A stretch of 64,000 nt of DNA, from the NCBI GenBank assembly GCA_029259155.1, contig JAPDJI010000006.1, forward strand, positions 5,657 through 69,656. The letters run 5' to 3'. Each line of letters opens with the position of its first letter. Positions within the stretch are counted from its first letter, which is position 1. The translations under genes were made by a program, and so were the position numbers. This DNA comes from Candidatus Methanomethylicia archaeon. Lineage in GTDB: Archaea; Thermoproteota; Methanomethylicia; Nezhaarchaeales; B40-G2. The notes beneath the pieces were generated by a model. The model had not been told where the DNA came from. It saw only the letters and a program-made list of their open reading frames with translations, and ran no database searches. This document shows positions 46,582 through 55,373 of this stretch, one piece after another.

Positions 46582-48009
46582 TCATAGCCTTTCCCAAAGC
46601 TCCGAGGTGAATAGAGCTAGGATAGGTAGCAGTTCTAAGCGTCCAACCCACATACACCAGACCAAGGCCAGCTTCGAAGTAGCGTTAAGGCTGAAAAGAT
46701 CCAAGTACGCTGGTCCGACACCGCCCTCCGCTGATAAAGTGGCTGATAGAGCTGATGTGAAGGGTATGCCTTGGGCTGTTATGATAAGTGTAGAGACAAA
46801 AGCTACGGCCAAGTAGATGAAGAAGAAGCTAGCTACTCTTAACGCGTCTTCAACGTTCATGATCCTTCCTCCGACTTTGAGAGGTTTAATGGACTTTGGA
46901 GGAAGCATGGTTTTATGTACTTCATGTGACGCTAGCTTGAAGAGCACTATCATCCTCGCCACCTTGATAGCTCCAGCGGTGGAGCATAGCGATCCACCTA
47001 CGACCATCAATATCATCAATATCCACTTAGACGCCTCGGGAAGAGAATTAACATCCATGCTGGTGAAACCGGTTGTCGTAGCTATGGAAACTGTCTGAAA
47101 TACACCTAGCCTAAATGCATGTAGTGTACTAACGTTTAGATGAAGAACTATATCGAGGGAGACTATGATCGAAGCTACGGCTATAATCATTAACATTACC
47201 TTAAGCTCCAGGTTCCTCCAAACCTCATCGTTCCTCCCTTTAAGTAGATAGAGGTGGACGTGGAAGTTGGTGGCCCCTATAATCATGAACACCACTAGTA
47301 CGCTCTCTACCCAGGGGTTATGAAACCCCTCTATATTAAGTGTCTTTGTTGAAAATCCTCCAGTGGCCAACGTGGTAAAGGAGTGGCATAGAGCGTCGAA
47401 GCCCGAGAGGCCTAGGTAAGTCAGCAAAATAGCGCACAGGAAGGTGTAAAGCGTGTATATTAGCCAAAGATCCTTAACCGTGTCCCATGCCCTAATCGTA
47501 AGTTTCTCCTCTCTAGCTTCAGCTACGTAAAGCCTCCAAACTCCAATTCCACGTGGAGTCATAAAGAGGATGAAGAACAATACGATTCCAAGCCCTCCAA
47601 GCCATTGAGTTAAGGCCCTCCAGAAGAGTAAGCTATGAGGGACATCTTCAAGATTGCTCAGTAAGGTCATGCCAGTAGCCGTAAACCCAGACATGGCTTC
47701 AAAGAAAGCGTCCAGGGGTGCCATGTCATGTAGGTATGGAAGAGAGCCAATACCTGTTATCAGGAGCCAACCCATTGCTGAGAAGAACAAGGCCTGAGCT
47801 GGATTGATCTCGTCAGGGATGGGTAGCTTCGCGCTAAAGAAACCGCCTACAATCATGAGGGGGAGAGCTACTGAAAGCAGCTCTTCAAGAACCATCCACT
47901 CCTCATAGATTACAGCTACAAGACTAGGGGCTAAGAGCACGAGCCCAAGCAACAATGTGAGCCTCGCGAAGAGAGCAGGTAGTGCCAGTTTCTTCAATCC
48001 TGACACCAA
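46582..48009 (-). CDS. trkH: TrkH/KtrB-family K+ transporter membrane subunit
   Basis: MSGFTATGMT and SIATTTGFTSMD pore-loop motifs. Confidence 0.75.
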   Translation of the reverse strand: MVSGLKKLALPALFARLTLLLGLVLLAPSLVAVIYEEWMVLEELLSVALPLMIVGGFFSAKLPIPDEINPAQALFFSAMGWLLITGIGSLPYLHDMAPLDAFFEAMSGFTATGMTLLSNLEDVPHSLLFWRALTQWLGGLGIVLFFILFMTPRGIGVWRLYVAEAREEKLTIRAWDTVKDLWLIYTLYTFLCAILLTYLGLSGFDALCHSFTTLATGGFSTKTLNIEGFHNPWVESVLVVFMIIGATNFHVHLYLLKGRNDEVWRNLELKVMLMIIAVASIIVSLDIVLHLNVSTLHAFRLGVFQTVSIATTTGFTSMDVNSLPEASKWILMILMVVGGSLCSTAGAIKVARMIVLFKLASHEVHKTMLPPKSIKPLKVGGRIMNVEDALRVASFFFIYLAVAFVSTLIITAQGIPFTSALSATLSAEGGVGPAYLDLFSLNATSKLALVWCMWVGRLELLPILALFTSELWERL

Positions 48010-48166
48010 GTTTGACGAGGCATGGGGATATTAACCGTCGGTTTAAGCTTTTTGCTATTCACGTACCCATGAACAAGTAAAAGATATAAGTAGAATGCCA
48101 CGCTTCCCTTTTGCCTTAGAGAGGCTTCAACGCCGCGTGGATGGCTGAGGGGGAAGGTGCGTAGCG

Positions 48167-48433
48167 GTGTCGGCAGAGGCCGGCGAGATCCTGATAGGTA
48201 GGAAGCCTGCAGCAAGCTACATACAGGCGATCCTAACCGCGGCCGCTAGAGGAATCAGTGAAGTAGTGTTGAAGGCTAGAGGCAGGAACATTAGCAAGGC
48301 AGTAGACGTCAGCCAACTTGCCCTAAGAGTAGTGTTAAAGGACTTTGAAGTCTACGATGTGAAAGTAGGCTCTGAGGAAGTTACTGGCGGCCGCAGAGTG
48401 TCAACCATAGAGATAAGGATGAGGAAGAAGTAG
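48167..48433 (+). CDS. albA: Chromatin protein Alba
   Basis: IGRKPAASYIQAILTAAARGISEVVLKARGRNISKAVDVSQL matches Alba. Confidence 0.8.
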   Translation: MSAEAGEILIGRKPAASYIQAILTAAARGISEVVLKARGRNISKAVDVSQLALRVVLKDFEVYDVKVGSEEVTGGRRVSTIEIRMRKK

Positions 48434-48511
48434 ACGGTGAACCACAACCAACCCATCTTTTTCTTATAGGTACTATAAGATTAATTAAACTCCTTTAGAC
48501 TAAATCGTAGG

Positions 48512-48856
48512 GTGTTAAGGTTGTCTCAATATGATATTATGGTGACAACTACAGAGAAGGTCCCCGGCTTCGAAGTAGAAAAGGTTATCGGGCTGGTATG
48601 GGGGTCCTCCATAAAGGCTAGGCACGTAGGCAAGGACATTAAGATGGCTTTAAAACACATCGTGGGCGGCGAACTTACGGATTACGCCGAGATGATGGAG
48701 GATGCAAGGCGGACAGCGCTTAGCCGCATGTTGGAGCATGCTAGACAGCTTGGAGCTGATGCGGTTATAAACATTAGGATGACCACGTCGATGGTTATGT
48801 CCGGGGCCGCTGAGATCATAATTTACGGCACTGCTGTGAAGCTCAAGAAAACTTAG
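48512..48856 (+). CDS. YbjQ/UPF0145 (DUF74) family protein
   Basis: 114 aa; GADAVINIRMTT and AAEIIIYGTAVKL typical of YbjQ. Confidence 0.7.
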   Translation: MLRLSQYDIMVTTTEKVPGFEVEKVIGLVWGSSIKARHVGKDIKMALKHIVGGELTDYAEMMEDARRTALSRMLEHARQLGADAVINIRMTTSMVMSGAAEIIIYGTAVKLKKT

Positions 48857-49514
48857 TTCTGAGTATTAATACCTTGCCGAGGTCGGTTAACCTATAGCTT
48901 TTATCAAGAGTAAGCTCCACTAATCCTCTATCTTCAAGCGCGGAGAGCGTATTTGAGAGTTCTTCCACGCTCTTTCCTTTCATCTGGGCTATTTCTCTTA
49001 ACTTGAGCTCTCTCTGCCTTAGAATTTTTAGAAGTTCCAGCTCTTCGTGGCTGAGGGCATGTAGGAGGGGCTTCACGTTGAACATAGCTCTATGTAAAGG
49101 ATATAGCATAGCTGAGTATGAGAACGCAGAGGCGGCGTAGAGGCTGTACGATAAGGGAGGCTCGATGGGGATATGTATGAAGAGGATGAGGAACGCTAGT
49201 AGCGCTAACCCCATGGCCACTGCCTTAGCTTTGTTTTCCTTAGCTCCGAAAAGCTTGTTGTAGAGGGCTCCTAGCAGGACACCAACCACTATTAAGGTTA
49301 AGGGCAGGAAGATAACGATGGATGACACTATCAAAACCCAAGAGTGGAGAGTCGGTTCAATGGCTTCGAGGCCTACGGAGCTTAGAGCCTCATAGAGCCT
49401 CTCCGGGCTATGGACTAGGACAAAAAGTGTAGCTGAGGTGAGGATGAATATGCATGGAAGGATGGCTATGAAACCTGCCTTAGCCCCAGCATTTGTGGTC
49501 AAGTTAAGCTTCAC
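48843..49514 (-). CDS. Membrane-tethered winged-helix transcriptional regulator (4 TM plus C-terminal wHTH)
   Basis: TM helices then LKILRQRELKLREIAQMKGKSVEELSNTLSALEDRGLVEL; last gene of the ABC-2 operon. Confidence 0.45.
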   Translation of the reverse strand: MKLNLTTNAGAKAGFIAILPCIFILTSATLFVLVHSPERLYEALSSVGLEAIEPTLHSWVLIVSSIVIFLPLTLIVVGVLLGALYNKLFGAKENKAKAVAMGLALLAFLILFIHIPIEPPLSYSLYAASAFSYSAMLYPLHRAMFNVKPLLHALSHEELELLKILRQRELKLREIAQMKGKSVEELSNTLSALEDRGLVELTLDKSYRLTDLGKVLILRTKFS

Positions 49515-50259
49515 ACCTCCTGAACAAGTAGGCGCCTAAAAGCAGGGTGAAGGTACATAGCACGGTTAACACGATGAGGTTTACGATTAATGGAAGCGCC
49601 CCTTGACCAATAAGTGCTCCTCTCAATCCGTCTACAGCATAAGTTAAAGGATCGAGATAAATTATCCACTTCATCCATGTAGGCGCGCTCTCTAAGGGGA
49701 AGAAGGCGGTGGAGAGGAGGATCATGGGCATGATCAACAGGTTCATTATCAAACTAAATCCTTCAAAGTCGCTTAGTCTAGATGCTATTATTAACCCTAT
49801 TCCTACGGCGAAGAAGGAGGTCAACAGCATGAATAGGAGGCCAAGCGTCAGCCCTAAGGCATTAATCTTAACCCCCATGAGGGCGCTTACGGTTAATATA
49901 GCCAAGCCTTGAAACATCGCTACTGTAGATCCTCCAAGCGTTTTCCCCACCACTATGGAAAGCCTGCTTACAGGTGCAACTAAGACTTCCTTCAAGAACC
50001 CGAATTGTCGATCCCAGATTATCAAAACTCCTGAAAACATGGATGAAAAGGCGACCGCTACGACAATCATTCCGGGCGCCAGGAAATCTAGGTAACGGAT
50101 TCCCTCCCTAAAACCGGGAAACCTAGCAGCGCTTAATCCGAAACCTAAGATCACTAAGAAAAGTAGTGGCTGCATAAGGTTGGCTACAAGCCTACTTCGT
50201 GCTCTTATCAGCCGCTTAATTTCCCTAAGCCACAACACGTAGACGGCTTGTAAGTTCAA
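49504..50259 (-). CDS. ABC-2 type transporter permease
   Basis: 6-TM ABC-2 architecture; 4-nt spacing from the ATPase gene. Confidence 0.7.
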   Translation of the reverse strand: MNLQAVYVLWLREIKRLIRARSRLVANLMQPLLFLVILGFGLSAARFPGFREGIRYLDFLAPGMIVVAVAFSSMFSGVLIIWDRQFGFLKEVLVAPVSRLSIVVGKTLGGSTVAMFQGLAILTVSALMGVKINALGLTLGLLFMLLTSFFAVGIGLIIASRLSDFEGFSLIMNLLIMPMILLSTAFFPLESAPTWMKWIIYLDPLTYAVDGLRGALIGQGALPLIVNLIVLTVLCTFTLLLGAYLFRRCEA

Positions 50260-50262
50260 TCC

Positions 50263-51237
50263 TCAATGCCTCCACGGCTTCCCTTGCCTTTCAGCTCTCT
50301 CTTCCAAAGGAACCTTACCCGTCAAATGTATGAACACGTCTTCGAGCGTAGGTCTACGTAAACTCACCGCCTCAACCTCAATAGCCATCTGCTCCGCCAA
50401 CTTAACCACTTTAGGGACTTTCCCCTCCCCCTTCTCTACGTATATGCTTAGATGTTTACCATCCGTCAGCTTCACGTCCTTAACCCAGCCCTCCTTCGCT
50501 AGAACCTCGGCCAGTTCTCGTGCTCTAGCGCAACTTAGAGTTATAACGTCCTTCCCCATCAAATCCTTCAGGTTAGAAGGCGTGTCCGAAGCTATTATCC
50601 TACCTCGATCAATGATAGCTACCCTTCTGGCGAGAAACTCGGCTTCTTCTAAGTAGTGGGTGGTCAGAAACATGGTTACACCTTCATCACGGTTAAGCTT
50701 CAACACATAGTCCCATATAATCCTCCTAGACTGGACGTCAAGACCTAGCGTAGGCTCATCGAGGAAGAGCACTTTAGGGTAATGCATTAAGCCTCTAGCT
50801 AATTCAAGCCTCCGCTTCATACCTCCAGAGTAGTTCCTAACGAGCTCGTCCGCCCTATCAAGTAGGCCGACAAGCTCCAAAACCTCTCTTATACGTTGAG
50901 CTCTACGTTTCCTCTCTATTCCGTACATCCTGGCGTGGAAGTCGAGATTCTCACGGCCGGTAAGCCTATCATCTAGAGCAGGCTCCTGAAACACTACGCC
51001 TATCACTCGCCTCACTTCATCGGGCTGCTTTACCACGTCGAAGCCACAGATCTTAGCTGTGCCCGACGTAGGTCTTAGAAGGGTGGAGAGTATTCTAACT
51101 GTGGTTGTCTTGCCTGCGCCGTTAGGTCCTAGGAAGCCAAAGATCTCTCCTTCCTTGACCGTGAAGGATACATGGTCTATCGCGACTACTCTCCCATTAA
51201 AAACCTTTGTCAGCTCATCGGCCTCGATAGCTGTCAA
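50263..51237 (-). CDS. ABC transporter ATP-binding protein (ABC-2/DrrA-like)
   Basis: Walker A GFLGPNGAGKTT, signature YSGGMKRRLELA, Walker B VLFLDEPT. Confidence 0.85.
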   Translation of the reverse strand: MTAIEADELTKVFNGRVVAIDHVSFTVKEGEIFGFLGPNGAGKTTTVRILSTLLRPTSGTAKICGFDVVKQPDEVRRVIGVVFQEPALDDRLTGRENLDFHARMYGIERKRRAQRIREVLELVGLLDRADELVRNYSGGMKRRLELARGLMHYPKVLFLDEPTLGLDVQSRRIIWDYVLKLNRDEGVTMFLTTHYLEEAEFLARRVAIIDRGRIIASDTPSNLKDLMGKDVITLSCARARELAEVLAKEGWVKDVKLTDGKHLSIYVEKGEGKVPKVVKLAEQMAIEVEAVSLRRPTLEDVFIHLTGKVPLEERAERQGKPWRH

Positions 51238-51354
51238 ACTTCTACACCTTCTTAAACGTCCTTACGTTCTTGTCACGTTTTTCTTCTCTAGAGCTCTCCT
51301 TAGGCTGCTTCATCTTAATATTAATGTTTCCTCACCTATTTTTGGCTGGTTGCC

Positions 51355-51867
51355 TTGATCAATATGGACCGTGAGTATTTGCCCTCCATGTCCATCGAAC
51401 AGGCCTTCCTACCAAATGGACGTAAAGTGGAAGTTAGGATAGTTAGACATCCAGGAGCGGTAGCTATCTTGCCAGTTTTTAATGACCGTCGCTTGATCCT
51501 ACTGAGACAGTATAGACCTACCATTAACAGGTGGCTGGTGGAAATACCCGCTGGGACCCTAAAGCCTGGAGAAACCCCTGAAGACTGTGCGAGACGCGAA
51601 CTCCTAGAAGAGACCGGATACGAAGCTGAGGAGCTAACAAAGCTTTTAGAGGTTTACCTTGCCCCCGGCTACAGCGATGAGCTGCTCCACGTTTTCATAG
51701 CCAAGGGTTTAAGGTTTAAAGGAGCTAGCCCTAGGCTTGACGAGGTGATCGAGACTATGACCATAGAATTAAGCGAGGCTTTAGAAATGGTGGCCCGCAA
51801 CGAGATAAGAGACGCTAAGACCATTGCGGCCTTGCTTTACTTAGCCTCCTTTCAACGTCAGCTTTAA
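51355..51867 (+). CDS. NUDIX hydrolase (ADP-ribose pyrophosphatase-like)
   Basis: Nudix box GETPEDCARRELLEETGY. Confidence 0.75.
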   Translation: MINMDREYLPSMSIEQAFLPNGRKVEVRIVRHPGAVAILPVFNDRRLILLRQYRPTINRWLVEIPAGTLKPGETPEDCARRELLEETGYEAEELTKLLEVYLAPGYSDELLHVFIAKGLRFKGASPRLDEVIETMTIELSEALEMVARNEIRDAKTIAALLYLASFQRQL

Positions 51868-51899
51868 AAAGCCTCTCTTCACCTACTCTGCGACCTTAC

Positions 51900-52283
51900 T
51901 TGCATGAGTTCTCCGTCATGCAGTCGATGGTGGAGATGATCCTTAGCATGGCTGAAGCTAAGGGTGCAGTTAAGGTACTATCGGTTTCCCTGCGTGTAGG
52001 AGAGCTTACTTTCCTTAATCCTGAGCAGTTAAGGTTCGCCTTCGAAGTCTTAACGGAGGGCACCATAGCTCAAGGCGCATCCCTCCTAATAGAGTCTGTT
52101 AAGCCCGCGGTCAGGTGTAGGAGATGTGGCTATGAGGGGGAGGTAGATTACCGGGGAGAAGAAGTACACTTACCTCTCGTCGTGCCCTTATCGGTTAAGT
52201 GTCCGAAGTGTGGCGGCGACGTGGAGCTGATAGCCGGGAGGGAGTGCACTCTAACCTCCATCAAAGTGAAGCTTGATGAGTAG
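51900..52283 (+). CDS. hypA: Hydrogenase nickel-incorporation protein HypA
   Basis: MHEFSVMQSMVEMI N-terminus and zinc site CRRCGYEGE...CPKCGG. Confidence 0.75.
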   Translation: MHEFSVMQSMVEMILSMAEAKGAVKVLSVSLRVGELTFLNPEQLRFAFEVLTEGTIAQGASLLIESVKPAVRCRRCGYEGEVDYRGEEVHLPLVVPLSVKCPKCGGDVELIAGRECTLTSIKVKLDE

Positions 52284-52342
52284 ATGGTTTAACGTTGCTG
52301 TGTTCAATGTATACTACGCTGTTGAGGCTAATGGACGTAGCC

Positions 52343-53257
52343 CTAAGCTTCCTTAAACAGCCCCTTAATGGACGTAGCGCTTAGGTCTTTGGGGGGTACA
52401 AGGTGCAGGTGGAGGCCTACGTCTTCAACAGGATGAAAGCCTAAAGCTAAGCCTACTAACTGCGAGACGTGGAGCACGGGGATAACTTTATCGAGCTCGC
52501 CGAGGTCTCTCATCTGGTACTGCGTCTTATCTATCATTAGCTGGCAGGCAGTACACATCACTAATATTAGGTCTGCGTCTGCGTCCACCATGCTCGTTAC
52601 CTTTAGCCTCGACACCGGGCTAAGGGCTTCTAGGACCCAGGGCCACTTCATGGCTGTGGCGCCGCAACACGTAGCTTTCTCTTCGTAGCTCAGTACGTTC
52701 GCACCGAGCGATAAAGCTATATCTTCTAGTAGATCCTCGCCATCCACGCCCTTAATGGCTTTAGCGTGCATGGCATAAGCGTAGTGACAGCCTACATGAG
52801 TAACCACATTAAGCCCTTTTAGGGAGTCCTGGGCCATCTCGCTTATCTTCTCTCTGAGAAGCCATAGAACCTCAGCCACGTGTAGACACTCTATGTTCTC
52901 TGAAGGACTTTTCTTCAGAGCTACGTTAAACGTCCTGTAGCAGCCGTTGCAAGGCGTCACCACTACGTCGTGTTTGATCAGTCTTCGCATATTGTAGCTG
53001 GTCAACATCTTCAACTCCTCCCTACCTATCATCCCTGCTATTTCAAGCGGTAGGCCGCAGCAGACAACGTGTTCAGGACTGAGTACTTTGAAGCCTAGTT
53101 TCTCAAGCACCTTAATGGAGGAGTAAGTTACGCCGGGGTAAATGCTTGTAGCTATGCAGCCAGGGTAGAACGTTAAGCTCCTCCTCTTTAAGAGCTCCTC
53201 CATCTCAAGCCTCACCTTAAGCTTTCTTGCCCCTCGGCTTAGGCCCTCGCCCCCCAA
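52343..53257 (-). CDS. hdrB: Heterodisulfide reductase subunit B-like (two CCG domains)
   Basis: Two Cys-rich CCG motifs (VVCCGLP, ATCCGAT). The real start is probably the ATG of MEELLKRR near 53206, avoiding the overlap with hdrC. Confidence 0.7.
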   Translation of the reverse strand: MGGEGLSRGARKLKVRLEMEELLKRRSLTFYPGCIATSIYPGVTYSSIKVLEKLGFKVLSPEHVVCCGLPLEIAGMIGREELKMLTSYNMRRLIKHDVVVTPCNGCYRTFNVALKKSPSENIECLHVAEVLWLLREKISEMAQDSLKGLNVVTHVGCHYAYAMHAKAIKGVDGEDLLEDIALSLGANVLSYEEKATCCGATAMKWPWVLEALSPVSRLKVTSMVDADADLILVMCTACQLMIDKTQYQMRDLGELDKVIPVLHVSQLVGLALGFHPVEDVGLHLHLVPPKDLSATSIKGLFKEA

Positions 53258-53669
53258 TGATCTTTCTCAGCTCAGCTCTCACGTATTCTGGGAGCAGGCG
53301 AGGGTTAAGCCCCCTCGGCTCGTTGAAGTCGCGTACCTTATCATTCACAGGCGCCATCATAACTCCTCGGCTCAGTATATTGTCGAGAGCCTCTAAGTAG
53401 ACCTCTAAGTCGCCTCGCTCTAGACCTCTGCTCACGAGCATCCTTCTCAGCGCCTCTACGACCTCAGGTATGTGTACTGCATTGGGACATACGGCCTCAC
53501 AGGTGTGACATAATAGGCAGAGCCAAAGGTGGTCGTGAAGCGCCTCTCTACCCATCGCTACGTTTAGCATGACTCTTCTAGGGCTGAAGCTCATTGTAGC
53601 TCTTGCTGATGGACAGGCAGATGTACATGCTCCACACTGGATACATCTGCGTCCTTCACTGAGTAGCAA
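53217..53669 (-). CDS. hdrC: Heterodisulfide reductase subunit C-like (2x[4Fe-4S])
   Basis: CIQCGACTSACP and CLLCHTCEAVCP. Confidence 0.7.
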   Translation of the reverse strand: MLLSEGRRCIQCGACTSACPSARATMSFSPRRVMLNVAMGREALHDHLWLCLLCHTCEAVCPNAVHIPEVVEALRRMLVSRGLERGDLEVYLEALDNILSRGVMMAPVNDKVRDFNEPRGLNPRLLPEYVRAELRKIIGGRGPKPRGKKA

Positions 53670-54065
53670 TTCTAAAATAACTCTTCACCTCCTATTGAAT
53701 TTATGTCGGAAGTCGAACTCATGCTGTTGGTAGCTAGGGTGCACGGCGCTGAAGTAGTTTCACGGATATGTACTGCCTGCAGGGAATATGAGGATGCTGT
53801 AGCGCTAGCTTTAATCTCGAAGGTGGACGCTGAGAGGCTCGGGCTTAAGGATGGAGACCTCGTTGAGGTGTCTTCTATTACGTCTGTAGTGACCGTTAAG
53901 GTTAAGGTCTCCGATGAGGTACGTGAGGGGCAAGTCTTGATGCCGCAGAGCCCTTGGTCTATGTCGCTCATACCTAGCAGCTGGGCTTCAAGGCCATACC
54001 CTAGGCTTAGCGGACTCAAGGTAACGGTTAAGCGGTCTTCGGGTGAAGCAACCAGCCTTGACAAG

Positions 54066-55373
54066 CTACTCCACTCCTGAGAACTCTTTCCTCAACCTCT
54101 CGAGGTCGCCGCGCTCGAAGAGTATCCTAACCTTTGGGGAGGCGAAGATCTTGATGGCCTCCTCGACTCTTCTCTTAACCAGCTCGAAGCCTGCTGGAAG
54201 AGGTGGTATAGGTCTCGGGGGCGGCGGCACGTACTCTTCTGTGGGAAGCTCTACTTTCCTCGCGTATAGCTCGCCCCTTGGCGCTCTGTAGCCTTCAAGC
54301 ACTTTCTTAAAGAACTCTTCATAGCTAGCTGACCAAGGGGCTCTACCTTTCTCAATCCTCATGTGCTTTCTCCTAACCTCTAAGGCCTCGACAGGACAGG
54401 CCTCCTCGCAGGCTCCACAGTATATGCAAGCTTCCTTGACAGCCGATACCTTGTCTGGTCCCACTGCCTTAGAGACGTATATTGCCTTAGTCGGACAAAT
54501 GTTGATGCAGTTTTTACATCCTGAAGGATCGCACTTATCAGGGTTAACCATGACCACCTCTCCGTCAAAGGGGGGCTCACAGCTTACAGCCTCGGTGGGA
54601 CATACCTTAGCGCATAGCCCACAGTAGACGCAGAGCTCTTCGTCGACCTCCACCGAGCCGCTTACGCGAGGCTTCTCTACGACCCTCGGCGCAGCCTTTG
54701 TACACTCGACCTTTATAGCGTCCGTCGGACATATCTCCTCGCATAGGCCACAGTAGTCGCAGAGCTCCTCGTTGACGATGATTGTTAGCCCCGGCTTAAA
54801 GCTGGGCGCTTCAGGCCGAGTCCACTCAATCCGTAGCGCATCGCAGAGATCTTCGCATAGGCCGCAGTAACAACACTTCTCTAGGTCTACAGCTATCTTG
54901 CCCTCGGCGTACCTATCAGCTGTCTCGTACTTGACAAGGTCTTCCTTCTTAGCCACCTCGACCTTAGCCTTGATGGCTACACGAGGGCACACGCGCTCGC
55001 ATAGGTGGCATGGGATGCACTTGTCCTCATCGATCGATATGGAGCCCTCGACCCTTGGGTACTCCTCCTCGTGCTCGATGTTGACCTTGAGGGCGTGGGT
55101 AGGGCAGATTGACGAACATAGGGGGCATATCACGCACTTGCCCTCGTCTATCATTATGAGGGGGGCCTCCAACTTACCTGAAGCGACCTCCTTAATGGGC
55201 CCCAAGCTAATGGCGTTAGTGGGGCACACCTTGACGCATAGACCGCAGCCCACACAACGATCGATTATGAAGGTTAGCTCCTTACCTAATACAACGCCCT
55301 GCCACCTGTAGAGCAGGAGATTTTCCTCTATCGCTGAGAGCTCGGTGATGGGCTTCTCAGACAAAGCTTCCAC
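54066..55373 (-). CDS. Polyferredoxin with eight [4Fe-4S] motifs (FwdF/MvhB-like)
   Basis: Eight CxxCxxCxxxC(P) motifs counted; 17-nt overlap with the hdrA stop. Confidence 0.75.
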   Translation of the reverse strand: MEALSEKPITELSAIEENLLLYRWQGVVLGKELTFIIDRCVGCGLCVKVCPTNAISLGPIKEVASGKLEAPLIMIDEGKCVICPLCSSICPTHALKVNIEHEEEYPRVEGSISIDEDKCIPCHLCERVCPRVAIKAKVEVAKKEDLVKYETADRYAEGKIAVDLEKCCYCGLCEDLCDALRIEWTRPEAPSFKPGLTIIVNEELCDYCGLCEEICPTDAIKVECTKAAPRVVEKPRVSGSVEVDEELCVYCGLCAKVCPTEAVSCEPPFDGEVVMVNPDKCDPSGCKNCINICPTKAIYVSKAVGPDKVSAVKEACIYCGACEEACPVEALEVRRKHMRIEKGRAPWSASYEEFFKKVLEGYRAPRGELYARKVELPTEEYVPPPPRPIPPLPAGFELVKRRVEEAIKIFASPKVRILFERGDLERLRKEFSGVE

